From the NCBI GenBank assembly GCA_949297145.1, contig CASFQO010000011.1, positions 52,148-116,147 on the forward strand: a stretch of 64,000 bases of DNA, given 5' to 3'. Under the pieces are notes generated by a model. That model was not told where the DNA came from, did no database searches, and was given only the letters and a program-made list of their open reading frames with translations. Made by a program: the position numbers and the translations under genes. Shown one piece after another: positions 60,660-64,000 of the stretch. Source of the stretch: an uncultured Alphaproteobacteria bacterium (GTDB lineage Bacteria > Pseudomonadota > Alphaproteobacteria > RF32 > CAG-239). The first letter of the stretch is position 1. Each line of letters opens with the position of its first letter.

Positions 60660-61257
60660 AGCACAAAAAAGCTACCCACCCGTAAACGGGTCATTCAAAT
60701 CCATTGTCAGTTGTTCTGCTAACTGATCTTGCTTAAGTTGCTCTTTAATATATTCCTTAATTTTTTCTGTGTTTTTACCAGTTGTATCAACATAATATCC
60801 TTTACACCAAAATTCTCGGTTGCGATATTGATACTTTATATTACTCCATCTCTCATATATCATTAAACTACTCTTTCCTTTGAGAAATCCCATAAATCCT
60901 GATATACTGATTTTCGGTGGTATCTTCACTAAAATATGGATATGGTCTGGACATGCCTTTCCTTCAAGAATTTCCACTTCTTTCCATCTACATAATTCTT
61001 TAAGTATTTTAACTATTTCTAGTCTTTTACTTCCGTAAAAGACTTTTCTCCTATACTTTGGCGCAAATACTATATGATATTTGCAATTCCACGTTGTATG
61101 TGCTAATCTTTCTATGTCAGTTTTCATTACTGTCCTCCAAATAGGTTGTTTTGCGTTCTGGCAGACTGCAAAACTCTAACCTATTTGGAGCGTTTTGTCA
61201 TCCTCACCGCTATAAGCTTTACTGAACCACGCGTCTAACGCGTGGTTTTCAGAATAC
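60660..61257 (-). mobile_element. IS200-type insertion sequence (tnpA only)
   Basis: TnpA gene; subterminal hairpin AACCACGCGT-CTA-ACGCGTGGTT (61225..61247); RBS-sequestering stem 61135..61190; ends approximate. Confidence 0.85.
60672..61127 (-). CDS. tnpA: IS200/IS605 family Y1 (HUH) transposase
   Basis: YHIVFAPKYRRK, DHIH, KGKSS, FW..GYYV, YI..Q. Confidence 0.96.
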   Translation of the reverse strand: MKTDIERLAHTTWNCKYHIVFAPKYRRKVFYGSKRLEIVKILKELCRWKEVEILEGKACPDHIHILVKIPPKISISGFMGFLKGKSSLMIYERWSNIKYQYRNREFWCKGYYVDTTGKNTEKIKEYIKEQLKQDQLAEQLTMDLNDPFTGG

Positions 61258-61284
61258 AAAAAAGAGCCGGAAGTTATCCGGCTC
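61258..61284 (-). terminator. rpoA terminator
   Basis: GAGCCGGA-N5-TCCGGCTC plus U6. Confidence 0.85.
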
Positions 61285-61308
61285 TCTCACACAATATTTT
61301 AGATTCTC

Positions 61309-62319
61309 TTAAAAATGTTCATCACATTTTTTAATTAACTCTTCAATATTCTCAGGCGGCCAACCTGGAGTTTCCATACCCAAGTGAATACCCATCTTTG
61401 CTAAAACTTCTTTAATTTCATTCAAAGATTTTCTACCAAAGTTCGGTGTTCTGAGCATTTCGGCTTCAGTCTTTTGAACCAAATCACCGATATAAACAAT
61501 ATTGTCATTCTTCAAGCAGTTAGCCGAACGAACAGACAATTCAAGTTCATCAACTTTACGCAACAAGTTTCTGTCAAACGGAAGTTCTTCTTTAACATCT
61601 TCAACTTCGTTTTCAGGCTCATCAAAGTTAATAAACGGCTTCAATTGGTCTTGTAAGATTCTGGCAGAAAGAGCAACGGCATCTTCAGGAGAAACAACAC
61701 CATTTGTTTCAACAACCATTGTCAACTTATCATAATCTGTATTTTGACCAACACGAGTTTTTTCAACTTTGTAAGAAACTTTTCTAACCGGAGAATAAAT
61801 TGCATCAACAGCAATCACACCGATTGGCGCATCAGCAACTTTATTTTGAACAGCCGGAACATAGCCTTTACCTGTACCAACTGTCAATTCCATAGAAATT
61901 TTAGCACCGGCATCCAAAGTACAAATAACGTGCTCTGGGTTCATAATTTCAACATCATGACCTGTTTCAATCATACCAGCGGTAACAACCATCGGACCTT
62001 CGGCCTTCAAGCGCATTGTTTTCTGTCCTTCAGAATGAACAGCAACAGCGAGTCCTTTGATATTCAGGATAACATCGGTAACATCTTCACGAACGCCTTC
62101 GATAACCGAAAATTCATGTAAAACGCCGTCAATTTTTACTGCGGTAACAGCACCACCCTGTAAAGAAGACAACAAAACTCTTCTTAATGCGTTACCGAGA
62201 GTTAAACCAAAACCTCTTTCTAAAGGTTCAACAACTATCTTAGCAACATTCCTGCCTTCGCCTGGAACAACCTCTAGATTAGTTGGTTTTATAAGTTCTT
62301 GCCAATTTTTCTGAATCAC
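61309..62319 (-). CDS. rpoA: RNA polymerase alpha subunit
   Basis: [37 protein letters not shown]; GTG start. Confidence 0.99.
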   Translation of the reverse strand: MIQKNWQELIKPTNLEVVPGEGRNVAKIVVEPLERGFGLTLGNALRRVLLSSLQGGAVTAVKIDGVLHEFSVIEGVREDVTDVILNIKGLAVAVHSEGQKTMRLKAEGPMVVTAGMIETGHDVEIMNPEHVICTLDAGAKISMELTVGTGKGYVPAVQNKVADAPIGVIAVDAIYSPVRKVSYKVEKTRVGQNTDYDKLTMVVETNGVVSPEDAVALSARILQDQLKPFINFDEPENEVEDVKEELPFDRNLLRKVDELELSVRSANCLKNDNIVYIGDLVQKTEAEMLRTPNFGRKSLNEIKEVLAKMGIHLGMETPGWPPENIEELIKKCDEHF

Positions 62320-62397
62320 CGGAATACCCTCTTAATAGATTTATACGCAACTAAAAAACAAGCAGAAGGAAGGTAAACCTTCCTCTGCAATAAAAAA

Positions 62398-62781
62398 TTA
62401 AACTCTGCGGCGTTTTCTTAAACGACAGCCGTTATGTGGAATTGGAGTCACATCACGGATAGAAGTAATGGTAAAGCCGATAACCTGCAAAGCTCTGATT
62501 GCGGATTCGCGTCCAGAACCTGGACCTTTAACTTCAACTTCAAGAGTTTTCATACCATTTTCTTGAGCTTTTTTACCAGCTTCTTCAGCAGCAACCTGAG
62601 CAGCATAAGGTGTAGACTTTCTAGAGCCTTTAAAGCCTTGAGCACCGGCAGTAGACCAAGAAACTGTATTACCTTGAGCATCCGTAATTGTTACTCGTGT
62701 ATTGTTAAAAGTAGAATTTACATGAGCGACACCGGATGTGATGTTCTTTTTTTCTTTTCTTTTAATAACTGTTTTTGCCAT
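62398..62781 (-). CDS. rpsK: 30S ribosomal protein S11
   Basis: [30 protein letters not shown]. Confidence 0.99.
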   Translation of the reverse strand: MAKTVIKRKEKKNITSGVAHVNSTFNNTRVTITDAQGNTVSWSTAGAQGFKGSRKSTPYAAQVAAEEAGKKAQENGMKTLEVEVKGPGSGRESAIRALQVIGFTITSIRDVTPIPHNGCRLRKRRRV

Positions 62782-62792
62782 CACTACCTCAC

Positions 62793-63161
62793 TTATTTCT
62801 TCTTGTTAGCCACAGTCTTGCGTTTACCTTTACGGGTTCTCGCATTTTGTTTAGTACTCTGACCACGAACAGGCAAACCTTTACGATGGCGAAGGCCGCG
62901 GTAGCAACCCAAATCCATCAAGCGCTTAATGTTTACAGCAACTTCACGACGAAGTTCACCTTCAACGAGGTAGTCCTTATCAATTACATCACGAACTTTT
63001 GCAATATCTTCGTCAGACAATTCCTGCACACGACGATCACCAGCAACGCCCGCTTTTGCACAGATAACCTGTGCTGTTTCTCTTCCGATACCATAGATAG
63101 AGGTCAATGCGATCTCCAATTTCTTGGCAGAAGGAATATTTACACCAGCTATACGAGCCAA
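62793..63161 (-). CDS. rpsM: 30S ribosomal protein S13
   Basis: [27 protein letters not shown]; TTG start at 63161 after GGAG. Confidence 0.98.
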   Translation of the reverse strand: MARIAGVNIPSAKKLEIALTSIYGIGRETAQVICAKAGVAGDRRVQELSDEDIAKVRDVIDKDYLVEGELRREVAVNIKRLMDLGCYRGLRHRKGLPVRGQSTKQNARTRKGKRKTVANKKK

Positions 63162-63232
63162 ATTAACTCTCCATTTATTTAAACAATTAAACCATTCAAA
63201 AAGTTGATCACCACTCTTCAAAATTAATGCGG

Positions 63233-63260
63233 ATTATAGGGCATAATTTCTTAGAGTCAA
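63233..63260 (-). promoter_or_regulatory. rpsM promoter TTGACT-N16-TATAAT
   Basis: Near-consensus elements followed by a GC-rich discriminator CCGC. Confidence 0.7.
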
Positions 63261-63331
63261 CACTTCTTTTAAAAAAAATACAAAAAAAATACACATTTTT
63301 AATAAATTATTAATTTAAAGAAGCCGAATCG

Positions 63332-64000
63332 CTAAGCTTCGGCAATCCCTAAAACTTTTTCTATTTTGGCAGCAACGGCCTCAATCGTACCCGTCCCGTC
63401 AACACATCTAAGCAGCCCCTCTTTTTCAAAAAAAGGAATTGTCGGATAGGTATAAGCTCTAAAATTAACCAAACGATTATGAACAGTCGTCCGATTATCA
63501 TCTTGCCGACGTGAAAATTCAACTCCGCCGCATTCATCACATACGCCATAAACCCTTGGTTTTAAGAACTTATCATGATAGCCGCGTCCACATTTCATGC
63601 AAGCGTAGCGCCCCAAAATACGTTCCATAATAATTTCATCAGGAACTTGAATCTCAATAACGGCATCTAATTTCTGCTTTTTTGCTTTGAGCATTTCTTC
63701 CAAAATTTCAGCCTGCACCAAAGTTCTTGGGAAACCATCCAGAAGGAAACCATTTTTACAATCTTCTTGTCCGATTCTATCCTCAACCATGCGGATAATC
63801 AAATCATCAGATGCAAACCCACCATTATCCAGAGCTTCTTTAAGTTCCAACCCCAGTGGAGTTTCTTTTTTAATCTCAGCCCGAAGCATTTCTCCTGTAG
63901 ACAAATGGCAAATCCCCGTTTTCTCACACAAAATGCGAGCCTGGGTGCCTTTTCCGCACCCGGGCGCGCCGGTAAAAACAACAAACAAATGTTTATTCGT
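63332..64000 (-). CDS. adk: adenylate kinase with Zn-binding lid (start probably just beyond the window)
   Basis: GAPGCGKGTQ, STGEMLR, LDGFPRT, CxxC...CxxC, RQDD; frame open to the window edge. Confidence 0.96.
   Translation of the reverse strand, partial: TNKHLFVVFTGAPGCGKGTQARILCEKTGICHLSTGEMLRAEIKKETPLGLELKEALDNGGFASDDLIIRMVEDRIGQEDCKNGFLLDGFPRTLVQAEILEEMLKAKKQKLDAVIEIQVPDEIIMERILGRYACMKCGRGYHDKFLKPRVYGVCDECGGVEFSRRQDDNRTTVHNRLVNFRAYTYPTIPFFEKEGLLRCVDGTGTIEAVAAKIEKVLGIAEA

Overview
AT-rich chromosomal segment of an alphaproteobacterium. The taxonomic evidence is a permuted two-piece tmRNA followed by an alpha-type SspB, and rpsM-rpsK-rpoA with no rpsD between them; membership of a host-associated Rhodospirillales/RF32-like lineage is inference only. 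Housekeeping content: folA, rnhB, prmA, an aminopeptidase P, a U32-family protein, ddl-miaA-mreBCD-mrdA-rodA, yejEF-like ABC genes, glucan metabolism genes (maltokinase, two malQ, glgX, glgB), ppa, nfeD/SPFH, two MFS transporters, adk-rpsM-rpsK-rpoA, a displaced rplQ, tRNA-Arg(CCT) and one IS200-type element. The best candidate for an undescribed system is a dispersed set of possible exported effectors. Five unrelated proteins end in a similar hydrophobic-[N/D]-x3-[L/M]...Arg-containing tail: two tandem orphans that also share a 40-aa N-terminal leader, a helical orphan, a maltokinase, and a stand-alone RelA/SpoT-like synthetase. A second class of orphans are self-contained promoter / Shine-Dalgarno-less leader / ORF / terminator units. 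All family calls come from motif recognition by eye; no database searches were run.
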